Assembly (NCBI GenBank): GCA_905612375.1
Contig: CAJQRS010000002.1
Coordinates: 1-62,800, forward strand
Length of the DNA: 62,800 nt
Origin: an uncultured Candidatus Pelagibacter sp.
Lineage (GTDB): Bacteria > Pseudomonadota > Alphaproteobacteria > Pelagibacterales > Pelagibacteraceae
Direction: 5' to 3'
Each line of letters begins with the position of its first letter. Position 1 is the stretch's first letter. Under the pieces are notes generated by a model. It was not told where the DNA came from. It saw only the letters and a program-made list of their open reading frames with translations, and ran no database searches. Made by a program: the position numbers and the translations under genes. This document shows, piece after piece, positions 9,902 to 20,682 of this stretch.

Positions 9902-10235
9902 TATTGGATTGAATATTTATACTTGTAGTCATGAAAATAGTAAAATAAATTTTGAAAAACTGATGACACTAATTAATGAATTTTTAAAAGATAATAAAAG
10001 CTCTTTAGAAGATATAAGTGCTATTTATGTTAATAGAGGACCAGGTAGCTTTGCGGGCATTAGAAACTCCCTATCTACAATCAAAGCGTTGTTTTTAACT
10101 AAAAAAATTGATTATTATTGCTTTAGTTTTGAAGATTTTAAGCAATCTGAAAGTATCAAATATTCAGATGTACCACAATTATGTGAAAAATATAAAATTA
10201 AAAAGAATTTGATTAATCCTATTTATTTAAGTTAA
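9849..10235 (+). CDS. tsaB: Shortened TsaB/YeaZ-like t6A tRNA-modification protein (128 aa)
   Basis: VNRGPGSFAGIR matches the TsaB GPGSFTGLR motif; start placed at the ATG at 9849 (MNNLIVDAA...); lies upstream of fur-miaB as in other alphaproteobacteria. Confidence 0.7.
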   Translation: MNNLIVDAAKDKIFLTFIIGLNIYTCSHENSKINFEKLMTLINEFLKDNKSSLEDISAIYVNRGPGSFAGIRNSLSTIKALFLTKKIDYYCFSFEDFKQSESIKYSDVPQLCEKYKIKKNLINPIYLS

Positions 10236-10243
10236 AATTAACT

Positions 10244-10654
10244 ATGTCAGAAAATATTGAACAAAAGTGTTTAGCCAAAGGAGTTAAACTTACAGACCAA
10301 AGAAAAATTATTGCTAAAATTATGTCAGAGTCAAATGATCATCCAGATGTAGATGAACTTTATAATAGAGTTTCAAAAATTGACTCAAAAATTAGTATTG
10401 CTACAGTTTATAGAACGGTAAAACTATTTGAAGAATCTGGGATTTTAGCAAAACATGAATTTAAAGGAGGGAAAGCAAGATACGAAGAATTAAATGAAGG
10501 TCATCATGACCATTTAATTGATGTTAAGTCAGGAGAAATTATAGAGTTTGTTGATGAAGAAATTGAAAAACTACAAGAAAAAATTGCAGAAAAGTATGGA
10601 TATCGTTTAGTGGATCATAAATTAGAATTATATGGAATTAAAAAGAAATCCTAA
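10244..10654 (+). CDS. fur: Fur/Mur-family metal-responsive regulator
   Basis: LTDQRKII, DHPDVDELY, SIATVYRTVKLFEE and HHDHLID motifs. Confidence 0.92.
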   Translation: MSENIEQKCLAKGVKLTDQRKIIAKIMSESNDHPDVDELYNRVSKIDSKISIATVYRTVKLFEESGILAKHEFKGGKARYEELNEGHHDHLIDVKSGEIIEFVDEEIEKLQEKIAEKYGYRLVDHKLELYGIKKKS

Positions 10655-10658
10655 TCTG

Positions 10659-11999
10659 ATGTTAAAAAAAATATTTATTAAAACTTTTGGATGTCAAATG
10701 AATGAATATGACTCAAATCGTATATTTGATACAGTTAAAAAAATAGGTTTTGAAAAAACAGAAAAGTATGAAGATGCAAATTGCTATCTTTTAAATACGT
10801 GTCACATAAGAGACAAAGCTAAAGAAAAGGTTTATCACGAGATTGGAAGAGTAAAAAAGATTTTTAGATTTAAAAAAAAACCAATTGTCATTGTAGCAGG
10901 ATGTGTGGCACAAGCAGAAAATCAGGAGATGCTAAAGAGAGAACCTTATATCGATATAGTTATTGGACCTCAATCGTATCACAAAATTAATGACACTATT
11001 AAAGAGCACATCATAAAAAAAAAAAGAAAAGAAGAAACTGAGTTTGATACAATTTCAAAATTTGATTATTTGAGTAAAATTAAAAATAAAGATAGCAAAG
11101 TGTCTTCTTTTTTAACAATCCAAGAAGGATGTGACAAGTTTTGTCATTTTTGTGTTGTTCCATATACGCGTGGACCCGAATATTCTCGACCATTTGATCA
11201 GATAATAAATGAAGCTAGAGAAATAGTTCAAAGTGGAGCCAAAGAAATTATTCTTTTAGGGCAAAATGTTAACGCGTATAGTTATAAAAGTGAAAATAAA
11301 GAATTTAGATTATCTGATTTATTATTGAAGCTAGAAAGTCTTAATGAGCTTGAGAGAATTAGATATACCACATCTCACCCCAAAGACATGACTGATGATT
11401 TAATAAATGTTTATAAAAAATCGACTAAACTAATGCCCTTAGTCCATCTACCAGTGCAGAGTGGATCAAACAAAATTTTAAGACAAATGAATAGAAAACA
11501 CACTATTGAAGAATATTTAATAATTTATGAAAAATTAAAAAAGATCAATCCTAATATAGAGTTTTCAAGTGATTTTATTATTGGATACCCTGAGGAAAGT
11601 GATGATGATTTTAAACACACATTACAGTTAATAGAGAAAATAAAATTTACCAACTCGTATTCTTTCATCTTTAGCCCAAGGCCAGGCACTGTTGCCGCTG
11701 ACCTAGAGTTAGTTGATAAAAAAAAATCAAAACAAAGATTAGAAATAATTCAAAAAAAATTATTTGAAAATCAAATAAATAAAAATAAATCTTTAGAAGG
11801 TAAGATACTTAATGTTTTGGTTGAAAATAAAATGAAAGATGGAATTAAATTATTTGGCAGAACGGAGTTCATGACATCGGTAATTTTTGACGGCAATACT
11901 AATTGTATAGGAAAAGTTGTGCAAATAGAAATAACAAGTAGTAATCAAAATAGTTTGTTTGGTTCACTAAAAGAAAACAATAAAAAGAAGGTAGCCTAA
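10659..11999 (+). CDS. miaB: tRNA-2-methylthio-N6-isopentenyladenosine synthase
   Basis: KTFGCQMNEYDS, radical SAM CDKFCHFC and C-terminal TRAM domain; start moved to the ATG at 10659, just after the fur stop. Confidence 0.95.
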   Translation: MLKKIFIKTFGCQMNEYDSNRIFDTVKKIGFEKTEKYEDANCYLLNTCHIRDKAKEKVYHEIGRVKKIFRFKKKPIVIVAGCVAQAENQEMLKREPYIDIVIGPQSYHKINDTIKEHIIKKKRKEETEFDTISKFDYLSKIKNKDSKVSSFLTIQEGCDKFCHFCVVPYTRGPEYSRPFDQIINEAREIVQSGAKEIILLGQNVNAYSYKSENKEFRLSDLLLKLESLNELERIRYTTSHPKDMTDDLINVYKKSTKLMPLVHLPVQSGSNKILRQMNRKHTIEEYLIIYEKLKKINPNIEFSSDFIIGYPEESDDDFKHTLQLIEKIKFTNSYSFIFSPRPGTVAADLELVDKKKSKQRLEIIQKKLFENQINKNKSLEGKILNVLVENKMKDGIKLFGRTEFMTSVIFDGNTNCIGKVVQIEITSSNQNSLFGSLKENNKKKVA

Positions 12000-12002
12000 A
12001 AG

Positions 12003-13004
12003 TTGAAGAATGTAGCATCAAAAAAAATTAATTCTATTCTCAAAATTGTCTATTCGGATAACAATTCTTTGAGTGTCATATTTCAAGACAATGATTTGTT
12101 AATGGGTGTTGTCGGTGAATTTAATGAAAATTTAAAAGAATTAGAAAAAATTACCAATACTGACTTATATTCTAGAGGTAATTCTATTTTAATAAAATCA
12201 ACACCAAAACAAAATGAAATTGCAAAAAATGCTATTCAGTTTTTAGCCAACCAGTTTATAAATAATGGCAGTATAGAAAAAAAAGATATAATCTCTTCGG
12301 TAGATAAATTTATGATTGAAGAAAAAGTAAAAAATCAAAATGTTTCAGACATAATTAAAACCCCCAAAAAATCAGTTATACCAAGATCAGAAAGACAAAA
12401 AGAATATGTTAGAGCCTTAAGACAAAGTGATATTGTTATATCAGCAGGACCCGCTGGAACAGGCAAAACATTTTTGGCCGTTGCTGTTGGACTGACATTG
12501 TTACTTGATAAAAAGATTGAAAGAATTATCCTATCAAGACCAGCAGTGGAGGCTGGTGAAAGATTAGGTTTTTTGCCTGGAGACATGAAGGAAAAAGTAG
12601 ACCCTTATCTTCGTCCTTTATATGATTCTTTATATGATCTTTTTGACTTTGATAAAATTCAAAAAATGATTGAAGTTGGTGACATTGAAATAGCACCACT
12701 CGCATTTATGAGGGGTAGGACTTTAAAAAATTCTTTTGCAATTTTAGATGAAGCGCAAAATGCAACTGATACACAGATTAAGATGTTTTTAACACGTATT
12801 GGAGAGAATTCAAAAATTGTTATAAATGGTGATCCATCTCAAATTGATTTACCTCACAAGAACATGTCTGGATTAAGTAGATCTAAAAAATTATTAGGAC
12901 ATTTAGATGAAGTTTCTGTGATAGATTTTGATCACTCCGATGTAGTTAGGCACCCCCTAGTCTCTAAGATTGTAAAGGCGTATTCAGATCAAGAAAATGA
13001 TTAG
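12003..13004 (+). CDS. phoH: PhoH-family ATPase
   Basis: GPAGTGKT, RPAVEAGERLGFLPG and APLAFMRGRTL motifs; TTG start. Confidence 0.93.
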   Translation: MKNVASKKINSILKIVYSDNNSLSVIFQDNDLLMGVVGEFNENLKELEKITNTDLYSRGNSILIKSTPKQNEIAKNAIQFLANQFINNGSIEKKDIISSVDKFMIEEKVKNQNVSDIIKTPKKSVIPRSERQKEYVRALRQSDIVISAGPAGTGKTFLAVAVGLTLLLDKKIERIILSRPAVEAGERLGFLPGDMKEKVDPYLRPLYDSLYDLFDFDKIQKMIEVGDIEIAPLAFMRGRTLKNSFAILDEAQNATDTQIKMFLTRIGENSKIVINGDPSQIDLPHKNMSGLSRSKKLLGHLDEVSVIDFDHSDVVRHPLVSKIVKAYSDQEND

Positions 13005-13467
13005 TATTGATGTAGTTTCCGAGAATAATCTTTGGAGCAAAAAAATTAAAAATATAGATATTTTTTTTAATTCTTTGGCAAGGATATTTCCTAAAAAATA
13101 TAGATTTATCAAAAAAAAAGTAAGCCTAACTATTTTGCTTTCAAATAATACAAATATTAAAAAACTGAATAAAAAATTTAGGAATAAAAATAAAGCTACA
13201 GATATTTTGTCCTTCCCTTCTGAAAAAAGAATAAATATAAAAAAAACATCTTATATTGGAGACATTATTATTAGCTATGATTTTATGAATAAACCAAAAA
13301 CCTTAAGCGATCTAGAGTTTAAAAATAAAGTAACTAAGATTTTTATTCACGGTTTTTTACATTTATTGGGGTATGACCATATAAAATTAAAAGATTTTAA
13401 AGTGATGTTAATTGAAGAAGAAAAAATTTATCAAACTGTTAAAAAAAGGATTGTCAACATTGTTTAA
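12997..13467 (+). CDS. ybeY: rRNA maturation endoribonuclease YbeY
   Basis: ATDILSFP and HGFLHLLGYDH motifs. Confidence 0.95.
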   Translation: MISIDVVSENNLWSKKIKNIDIFFNSLARIFPKKYRFIKKKVSLTILLSNNTNIKKLNKKFRNKNKATDILSFPSEKRINIKKTSYIGDIIISYDFMNKPKTLSDLEFKNKVTKIFIHGFLHLLGYDHIKLKDFKVMLIEEEKIYQTVKKRIVNIV

Positions 13468-15004
13468 AAAAAATTATTTAAATTACATTTATATATTTTT
13501 TTTAGGAGCAATAAGCTCTTATAGCTTACCTCCATATAATTATTTTATAATTAATTTTATTACTTTTTCTTTATTTTTTATTTTTATTTTTAATAAAAAA
13601 AAAATAACATCTGATAATAAATCCCTTTTTCAATATGGGTGGTGTTTTGGGTTTGGATATTTTTTATTTAGTTTGTATTGGATAGCAATTTCATTGACTT
13701 TTGATCAGAGTTTTAAGTTTTTAATTCCAATTGCTATAATTTTATTGCCAGCTTCTTTGGCTATATTTTATGGCTTAATGACATATATATTTTCAATTCT
13801 CTACTCAAAAAATGCAGCTAGTTCTTTTTTTATTTTTTCAATTTTATTTGGCACAATTGAATTTATCAGAGGGTCTGTACTTACAGGTTTTCCTTGGAAT
13901 TTAATCGCCTTTAGTTTTTCAAAAAGTATTTATTTTATTCAAATCCTTTCTATGATTGGAACCTATTCTTTTAATTTAATTTGTATCTCTTTATTTACCG
14001 TCCCTGCCTTATTTATTTTAAGAAAATCTAGAGTAGAAATTATGGTTTGTTTTTTATTTATTTTATTATCCACTGCATTTTTAGTGCTCGGTCATATAAA
14101 AAATGACAATTTCAATTCTTCAGAAAGTGTAAAAAATTCGTATACAATAAAAGCAATATCACCAAATATTAGTCTAGATAGATTTTATTCAAAACAAGAT
14201 GAGTTAAAAATAATTAATGAACTTATAGAATTAAGTGCCCCAACCAAAAAAGACCCTACAATTTATTTATGGCCAGAAGGAATTATTCCTGACAGTTATT
14301 TAAAAGAAATGAGTGTTTATAAAAAATTATTTCTAAATAACTTTGGAGAAGATGACTTAATTATTATGGGTCTAACTAGTGTAGAGAAAAAAAATGACAA
14401 AAATTTATTTTTTAACTCAATGGCTATATTCAACAACAAGCTAGAACTCATTGAAAATTACAATAAAGTTGAATTGGTACCATTTGGAGAGTTTATTCCC
14501 TTTGAGAATATTTTTAGTCTAATAGGCCTTAAAACTGTAACTAATGGCTACCAATCTTTTACTAGTGGAGAAACTAGGTTTCCAATAAATATAAAAAATA
14601 GTAAAATTGACTTAAATTTACTTCCTTTAATTTGTTACGAAATAATTTATTCTGGTAAATTATCCAGAGATAATAATTTTGATTATATAATTAATATTTC
14701 AGAAGATGGTTGGTTTGGAAACTCTATAGGCCCCAAACAACATTTGGCGCACAGTATATTTAGATCTATTGAAAGTGGTAAATATATTATTAGGTCTGCA
14801 AATAATGGAATTTCTGCCATTATTAACCCTATAGGAATTGTAGAACAAGAAGTAAAACTTGGATTAACAGGAAATGTAGAATTATCTGAGAGTAAATTAG
14901 TTAAATCCACATTTTTTATGTTATATGGGAACAAAATCTTTTTAATATTAATTTTAATATATATTTTTTTAATTTTTTCATTTAATAAACTTGAATATGA
15001 GTAA
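13460..15004 (+). CDS. lnt: Apolipoprotein N-acyltransferase
   Basis: [25 protein letters not shown] and RSANNGIS motifs; start uncertain (TTG at 13451 or 13460; ORF is open from 13412). Confidence 0.92.
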   Translation: MFKKNYLNYIYIFFLGAISSYSLPPYNYFIINFITFSLFFIFIFNKKKITSDNKSLFQYGWCFGFGYFLFSLYWIAISLTFDQSFKFLIPIAIILLPASLAIFYGLMTYIFSILYSKNAASSFFIFSILFGTIEFIRGSVLTGFPWNLIAFSFSKSIYFIQILSMIGTYSFNLICISLFTVPALFILRKSRVEIMVCFLFILLSTAFLVLGHIKNDNFNSSESVKNSYTIKAISPNISLDRFYSKQDELKIINELIELSAPTKKDPTIYLWPEGIIPDSYLKEMSVYKKLFLNNFGEDDLIIMGLTSVEKKNDKNLFFNSMAIFNNKLELIENYNKVELVPFGEFIPFENIFSLIGLKTVTNGYQSFTSGETRFPINIKNSKIDLNLLPLICYEIIYSGKLSRDNNFDYIINISEDGWFGNSIGPKQHLAHSIFRSIESGKYIIRSANNGISAIINPIGIVEQEVKLGLTGNVELSESKLVKSTFFMLYGNKIFLILILIYIFLIFSFNKLEYE

Positions 15005-16166
15005 TTTAAAAAATTTTTTATTTACTAGCGAGTCAGTTTCAGAAGGGCATCCTGACAAAGTATCAGATCGTATTTCGGATATGGTTGTAGATAGTTATCT
15101 AGCTGGAGATCCTTTTTCTAGAGTTGCATGTGAGACACTAACTACAACAAATAAAGTTGTTCTTGCTGGTGAAGTAAGAGGTCCAGAGATTAAAGAAGAG
15201 GAGCTTATTCAAAAAGTTAGAGAATGTATTAAAGACATTGGTTATGATCAAGATGGTTTTACATGGAGAGAGGCAACAAAGATAGAAAGTCACCTTCACT
15301 CACAATCTGCAGATATAGCTATGGGTGTAGACTCCGTGGGCAATAAGGAAGAGGGAGCTGGAGATCAAGGGATAATGTTTGGTTACGCGTGTAATGAAAC
15401 AGAAGAGTTAATGCCAGCACCTATTCATTATGCGCACAAAATTTTAAGGCTTATGGCTGAAGATAGAAAATCTGGAATATTGAAAAATATAGAGCCAGAT
15501 TCAAAAAGCCAAGTTACTTTTGAATATATTGATGGAAAACCAACTAAAGTTAAATCAGTTGTTATATCCTCTCAACACTCTGCGGATATAGATCAAGCTA
15601 AAGTAAGAGAATTACTAACACCCTATATGATAAAATCTATTCCAGAAAAATTTTTAAAAGATTTTGATGAAAAAGAATTTTATGTAAACCCAACTGGAAA
15701 CTTTGTAATAGGTGGACCAGATGGAGATTGTGGTTTAACTGGTAGAAAAATTATTGTTGATACTTATGGTGGAGCAGCACCGCATGGTGGTGGAGCTTTT
15801 TCTGGTAAGGACCCAACTAAAGTAGATAGATCAGCAGCTTATGCAGCAAGATATATTGCAAAAAATATTGTTGCTTCTAAAATTTCTGAAAAATGTTTAA
15901 TTCAATTAGCTTATGCAATTGGAGTTTCCAAACCCTTGTCAATTTATGTAGATCTATTTGATAACGACTTAGAAAAAAATAAATTTGTTTCAGAAAAAAT
16001 TTCACAAAATTTTGATTTAAGTCCAAGAGGAATAAGAGAAATGCTGAGTTTAAATAAACCAATTTATGAGAAAACAGCAGCTTATGGTCATTTCGGAAGA
16101 GTGCCAGAAGCTGATGGGTCATTTTCTTGGGAAAAGACTGATAAAATGGGTGTTTTTTCTAAATAG
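14997..16166 (+). CDS. metK: S-adenosylmethionine synthetase
   Basis: [33 protein letters not shown] and [16 protein letters not shown] motifs. Confidence 0.98.
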   Translation: MSNLKNFLFTSESVSEGHPDKVSDRISDMVVDSYLAGDPFSRVACETLTTTNKVVLAGEVRGPEIKEEELIQKVRECIKDIGYDQDGFTWREATKIESHLHSQSADIAMGVDSVGNKEEGAGDQGIMFGYACNETEELMPAPIHYAHKILRLMAEDRKSGILKNIEPDSKSQVTFEYIDGKPTKVKSVVISSQHSADIDQAKVRELLTPYMIKSIPEKFLKDFDEKEFYVNPTGNFVIGGPDGDCGLTGRKIIVDTYGGAAPHGGGAFSGKDPTKVDRSAAYAARYIAKNIVASKISEKCLIQLAYAIGVSKPLSIYVDLFDNDLEKNKFVSEKISQNFDLSPRGIREMLSLNKPIYEKTAAYGHFGRVPEADGSFSWEKTDKMGVFSK

Positions 16167-16226
16167 TTCTTATTGAATTAAAAAAAATTCTTTATATATT
16201 GCCATTACATTATTGAAATTACAGAT

Positions 16227-16249
16227 TGGGCTCCAGCCCATTTTTTTTT
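16227..16249 (+). terminator. Short GC hairpin plus U-tract in the nusA leader (terminator/attenuator)
   Basis: TGGGC-TCCA-GCCCA followed by T9, ending 13 nt before the nusA ATG. Confidence 0.65.
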
Positions 16250-16262
16250 AGAAAATAAAAAT

Positions 16263-17816
16263 ATGTTAAATAGAAGATCTGATAAACTAGAATTATTAAG
16301 AATAGCTGAGGCTGTAGCCTTAGAAAAATCTATAGATAAAGAATTGATTATTGATTCCATGGAAACAGGAATTGCAAAAGCTGCTAAATCTAAATTTGGT
16401 CAAGATAATGAAATTAAAGTTTTAATAAATAGAGAAAATGGTGACATTGGAATTTTTAGAAAATTAATAGTTGTAGAAAAAATAGAAAATACAAATACGG
16501 AAATTAATCTTCAAGATGCAATTATCTTAAGTGAAGAAAATAAAGATAAAAAAATTGGTGATGAAATTTTACAACCATTGCCCTCTTTTGATTTTGGTCG
16601 TATAGCAGCACAAACTGCAAAACAAGTTATTAGTTTTAATGTAAGAGAAGCAGAGCGTGAAAGACAATATAATGATTTTATAGATAAAAAAGATTCAATC
16701 TTAAGTGGTATTGTTAAGCGTTTAGAATTTGGTAATGTAATAATTGATTTAGGAAGAGCAGAGGCGATCATTCAAAAAAATGAAATGATCCCCAGAGAAA
16801 ATATAAAAGCAGGAGATAGAATTAAAGCTTATTGCTATGATGTTAAAAGAGAGCCTAGAGGACAGCAGATATTTTTATCACGAGCACATCCAAAATTTAT
16901 GGAAAAACTATTTGTACAAGAAGTTCCAGAAATTTATGATGGTTTAATAGAAATTAAATCATCCGCAAGAGACCCAGGAAGTAGAGCAAAAATTTGTGTT
17001 AAAGCAGTTGATACTTCGTTAGATCCAGTTGGAGCCTGTGTTGGTATGAGGGGATCTAGAGTTCAAGCAGTAGTTAACGAACTACAAGGAGAAAAAATTG
17101 ATATTGTGAATTGGTCTGAAGATCCAGCGATAGTAGTTTCAAATGCGTTATCACCAGCTGAGGTTCAAAGAGTAAATGTTGATAGTGTAGCAAAAAAATT
17201 AGATGTAATTTTAACAGAAGAAAATTTAAGTAAAGCAATTGGTCGTAGAGGTCAAAATGTTAGATTGGCTACAAAATTATTAAATTATGAAATTAACATA
17301 ATGACTGATGCAGAAGATTCAGAAAGAAGACAGTTAGAGTTTAAAGAAAAAACTGAAAATTTCGTTAAAAATTTAGAATTAGATGAAACTTTGGGCCAAT
17401 TACTTGTAGCTGAAGGTTTTTCTTCAATTTCAGATATTAAAGATAGTACACCAGAAAGTTTAATTAAAATTGAAGGAATAGAAGAAGACACAGCTAAAGC
17501 TTTAATAGAGAGAGCAAAAGATTTTTACAAAAAAGATCAAGAGGATATCACAAAAAGAATTAAAGACTTGGGACTACAAGATGACCTTATAAACCATAAA
17601 GGACTAACGCCAGGAATGCTAGTTACACTTGGGGAGCAAAAGATTTTAAAACTAGAAGATTTTGCAGACCTTGCGTCTGATGAATTAACTGGTGGTTACG
17701 ATGTTGTAAAAGGAGAAAGAATAAAAATTCAAGGATATCTTGAAGATTTTGCTTTATCAAAAACTGAAGCAGACGAACTAATTATGTCTGCGAGAAATAT
17801 AATTTATAAAGATTGA
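16263..17816 (+). CDS. nusA: Transcription termination/antitermination factor NusA
   Basis: FGRIAAQTAKQVI, S1/KH domains, ARDPGSRAK and AIGRRGQNVRLA motifs. Confidence 0.97.
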   Translation: MLNRRSDKLELLRIAEAVALEKSIDKELIIDSMETGIAKAAKSKFGQDNEIKVLINRENGDIGIFRKLIVVEKIENTNTEINLQDAIILSEENKDKKIGDEILQPLPSFDFGRIAAQTAKQVISFNVREAERERQYNDFIDKKDSILSGIVKRLEFGNVIIDLGRAEAIIQKNEMIPRENIKAGDRIKAYCYDVKREPRGQQIFLSRAHPKFMEKLFVQEVPEIYDGLIEIKSSARDPGSRAKICVKAVDTSLDPVGACVGMRGSRVQAVVNELQGEKIDIVNWSEDPAIVVSNALSPAEVQRVNVDSVAKKLDVILTEENLSKAIGRRGQNVRLATKLLNYEINIMTDAEDSERRQLEFKEKTENFVKNLELDETLGQLLVAEGFSSISDIKDSTPESLIKIEGIEEDTAKALIERAKDFYKKDQEDITKRIKDLGLQDDLINHKGLTPGMLVTLGEQKILKLEDFADLASDELTGGYDVVKGERIKIQGYLEDFALSKTEADELIMSARNIIYKD

Positions 17817-17826
17817 GTAATGAAAT

Positions 17827-20031
17827 ATGGACAACAAAAAAACAAAATTAACACTTTCTGGTATAGCCAAGAAATCGATAGAGAATATAGAGTTAGCAAA
17901 AACTCAAAGTAAAAACTCAGTTGTAATTGAAAAAAAAACAAGTAAATTTGCCCCTAGGTCTAACTTTAGTAGACCTGCTAGTGTGAGGTCAAAACTAGCG
18001 GAAAGTCAACCTGGAACCTTTACTCCAAGAACCAATCTAACAAATAAACCAGCCTCATCAATTACCAATGATTATGAAAAACGTAAATTAGCTGAACAAA
18101 GAGCAACCAGAAGACTTAAAGGTGAATCGGGAAAACCTGATACAAAAAAAAGAGAATTAAAATTAACAGTTTCAAGAGCTTTAAGTGATGAGATTGAAGC
18201 AAGATCAAGAAGTATGGCTTCACTTAAAAGAGCCAAGTTAAAAGAAAATAGAGAGCTTACTAAAGAAGAACTTCAAGAAAGCTTAAAACCAATAAAGAGA
18301 GATGTTAATATTCCTGAGGCAATCACAGTTAGAGAGCTATCTAATAGAATGGCTGAACAATCTAATAACGTTATTAAACATTTATTTGAAATGGGTGTAA
18401 CGGTTACTATCAACCAGACACTAGCAGCAGATACAGCTGAATATTTAGTAAAAGAATTTGGCCACAACCCTATAAGAGAAACAAAAGCTGAAGAAATTAT
18501 TCAAAAAATTAAAGAGTTGAGATCTGAAAACCTTAGAAATAGACCTCCAATAGTAACTGTAATGGGACATGTTGATCATGGTAAAACTTCAGTGCTTGAC
18601 GTTTTAAGAAATGCAAATGTAGTACTTGGAGAATTTGGTGGAATTACACAACACATTGGCGCCTATCAAATAGAGCACGAGTCAAGTAGGATAACCTTTA
18701 TAGACACACCAGGTCACGCAGCCTTTACTGAAATGAGAGCAAGAGGATCAAAACTAACAGATGTTGTAGTGCTAGTTGTTGCAGCAGATGATGGTGTTAA
18801 ACCTCAAACAATTGAGTCTATAAAGCATGCAAAAGCTGCAAATGTCCCAATAGTTGTTGCAATAAATAAATGTGATTTACCAGAGGCAGATCCGCAAAAA
18901 ATTAAAAATCAACTTTTAGAATATGAGCTTATTGCAGAAGATTTATCAGGAGATACTTTGATGGTTGAAATCTCTGCGAAAACAAAAAAAAATTTAGATA
19001 AATTAGTGGAAGCAGTTGTGCTACAAGCTGAAATTTTAGACTTAAAAACTGATTTTGAATCTAAGGCAACAGGAATTGTTTTAGAATCAAAAATTGATGT
19101 GGGCAGAGGAGCAGTAGCAACTGTTGTGGTAACTTCAGGAACAATTAAAAGAGGAGACTTCTTTGTTAGTGGATTAAAATGGGGGAAAGTAAGAGCTTTA
19201 ATTAATGATAAAGGAAAAACCATTAAAGAAGCACCTCCATCAACACCTGTTGAAATTTTAGGAATTAACGGTGCTGCTAAATCTGGAGATGATTTTATTG
19301 TAGTAGATTCTGAAAAAGAAGCGAAAACATTAAGTGAGAACAGAGCTGATGAAACTAAAACAGGAGGAAGCCCGTTAACTCTTGCAACACAAGATTCCGC
19401 CTTTGCTGATAAATCTGCTGCAGAATTAAATATTATTATAAAATCAGATGTGCATGGATCTGCTGAAGCAATTAAAAGTGCTATCAATCAAATTACACAT
19501 GATGAAGTAAAACCTAAAATTATTCTATCAGACATAGGAATGGTGACAGAAACTGATGTGACATTAGCAAAAGCATCTAATGCTACTCTAATTGCATTTA
19601 ATGTTAAGCCTAGCAAAGAAGCAAAGAAATTAGCAGAGAATGAAAAAATTAAAATTTCTTCATACAATATTATTTATGAGGTTTTAGATTATATTAAATT
19701 GAGAATGTCAGGACTTCTTGCTCCAGATGTTCAAGAAACAATCAATGGTACAGCTCAAATCTTAGAAATCTTTAAAGTTTCAGGTACAGGAAAAGTTGCA
19801 GGCTCCAAGGTAACTGATGGAGAAATAGCTAGTGGTGCTAATGCTAGATTAATTAGAGATGGAGCAATTATTTATACTGGTAAGATTAGTACAATTTTCA
19901 GAGAAAAAGATCAGGCTAAACAGGTTAGCAATGGCCAAGAATGTGGAATAACACTCAAAGACTTTGTTGATTTTCAAAAAAATGACACAATAGAGGCTTA
20001 TAGTTCAACTTCTACCGAGAGAACGGTATAA
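17827..20031 (+). CDS. infB: Translation initiation factor IF-2
   Basis: RPPIVTVMGHVDHGKT, DTPGHAAF and NKCD motifs. Confidence 0.98.
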   Translation: MDNKKTKLTLSGIAKKSIENIELAKTQSKNSVVIEKKTSKFAPRSNFSRPASVRSKLAESQPGTFTPRTNLTNKPASSITNDYEKRKLAEQRATRRLKGESGKPDTKKRELKLTVSRALSDEIEARSRSMASLKRAKLKENRELTKEELQESLKPIKRDVNIPEAITVRELSNRMAEQSNNVIKHLFEMGVTVTINQTLAADTAEYLVKEFGHNPIRETKAEEIIQKIKELRSENLRNRPPIVTVMGHVDHGKTSVLDVLRNANVVLGEFGGITQHIGAYQIEHESSRITFIDTPGHAAFTEMRARGSKLTDVVVLVVAADDGVKPQTIESIKHAKAANVPIVVAINKCDLPEADPQKIKNQLLEYELIAEDLSGDTLMVEISAKTKKNLDKLVEAVVLQAEILDLKTDFESKATGIVLESKIDVGRGAVATVVVTSGTIKRGDFFVSGLKWGKVRALINDKGKTIKEAPPSTPVEILGINGAAKSGDDFIVVDSEKEAKTLSENRADETKTGGSPLTLATQDSAFADKSAAELNIIIKSDVHGSAEAIKSAINQITHDEVKPKIILSDIGMVTETDVTLAKASNATLIAFNVKPSKEAKKLAENEKIKISSYNIIYEVLDYIKLRMSGLLAPDVQETINGTAQILEIFKVSGTGKVAGSKVTDGEIASGANARLIRDGAIIYTGKISTIFREKDQAKQVSNGQECGITLKDFVDFQKNDTIEAYSSTSTERTV

Positions 20032-20399
20032 TGGTAGATAAAACAGGAAAACCAGTATCACAAAGACAATTACGTGTTGGAGAGATGATTAAGCAATCTT
20101 TAGGTATGATTTTTGCTAGAAATGAAGCTAAGGTGCCCAATTTAGAAACTAACACCGTTACGGTTACAGAAGTAAAAATGAGTCAAGATCTTAAAATTGC
20201 CAAAGCGTATGTATTGCCTCTAGGAGGAAAAGATACAGAAAAAGTTATTAAAAAATTAAGAGAATATTCTTTTTTAATTAGAAAAGTTTTATCTAAAAAA
20301 GTATTTATGAAATATATTCCAAAAATACTTTTTGCTAAAGATGACTCTTTTGAATACGCAGAAAAAATAGAAAACTTAATAAAACAAACAAACAAATAG
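20031..20399 (+). CDS. rbfA: Ribosome-binding factor A
   Basis: SQRQLRVGE and VTVTEVKMSQDLKIAK motifs; follows infB. Confidence 0.93.
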   Translation: MVDKTGKPVSQRQLRVGEMIKQSLGMIFARNEAKVPNLETNTVTVTEVKMSQDLKIAKAYVLPLGGKDTEKVIKKLREYSFLIRKVLSKKVFMKYIPKILFAKDDSFEYAEKIENLIKQTNK

Positions 20400-20412
20400 G
20401 AACATAAATAGT

Positions 20413-20661
20413 ATGACGAATAAAGCAGAAGAATTAAAAATGCATGAGAAGGACACTGGTTCTTCAGAAGTACAAATTGCATTATTAACAGGTAAAATTG
20501 AAACTCTTTCAGCACATATTAAGCAATTCAAAAAAGATAAACACTCTTCGGTTGGATTGTTAAGAGCAGTAAATAGAAGAAAAAAATTGTTAGAATATTT
20601 AAAGAAAAATAAATTCGATTCTTACAAAAATGTATTAACACAATTAAATTTAAGAAAATAG
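20413..20661 (+). CDS. rpsO: 30S ribosomal protein S15
   Basis: DTGSSEVQIALLT and KDKHSSVGLLRAVNRRKKLL motifs. Confidence 0.96.
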   Translation: MTNKAEELKMHEKDTGSSEVQIALLTGKIETLSAHIKQFKKDKHSSVGLLRAVNRRKKLLEYLKKNKFDSYKNVLTQLNLRK

Positions 20662-20682
20662 ATAGAAGGAAACGGAAAATAA

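Noticed and set aside
18909-19487. 192-aa antisense ORF in infB, and the many other 60-125 aa antisense or nested ORFs in the track
   Set aside because: Shadow ORFs of well-conserved genes, with no recognisable motifs or translation signals.
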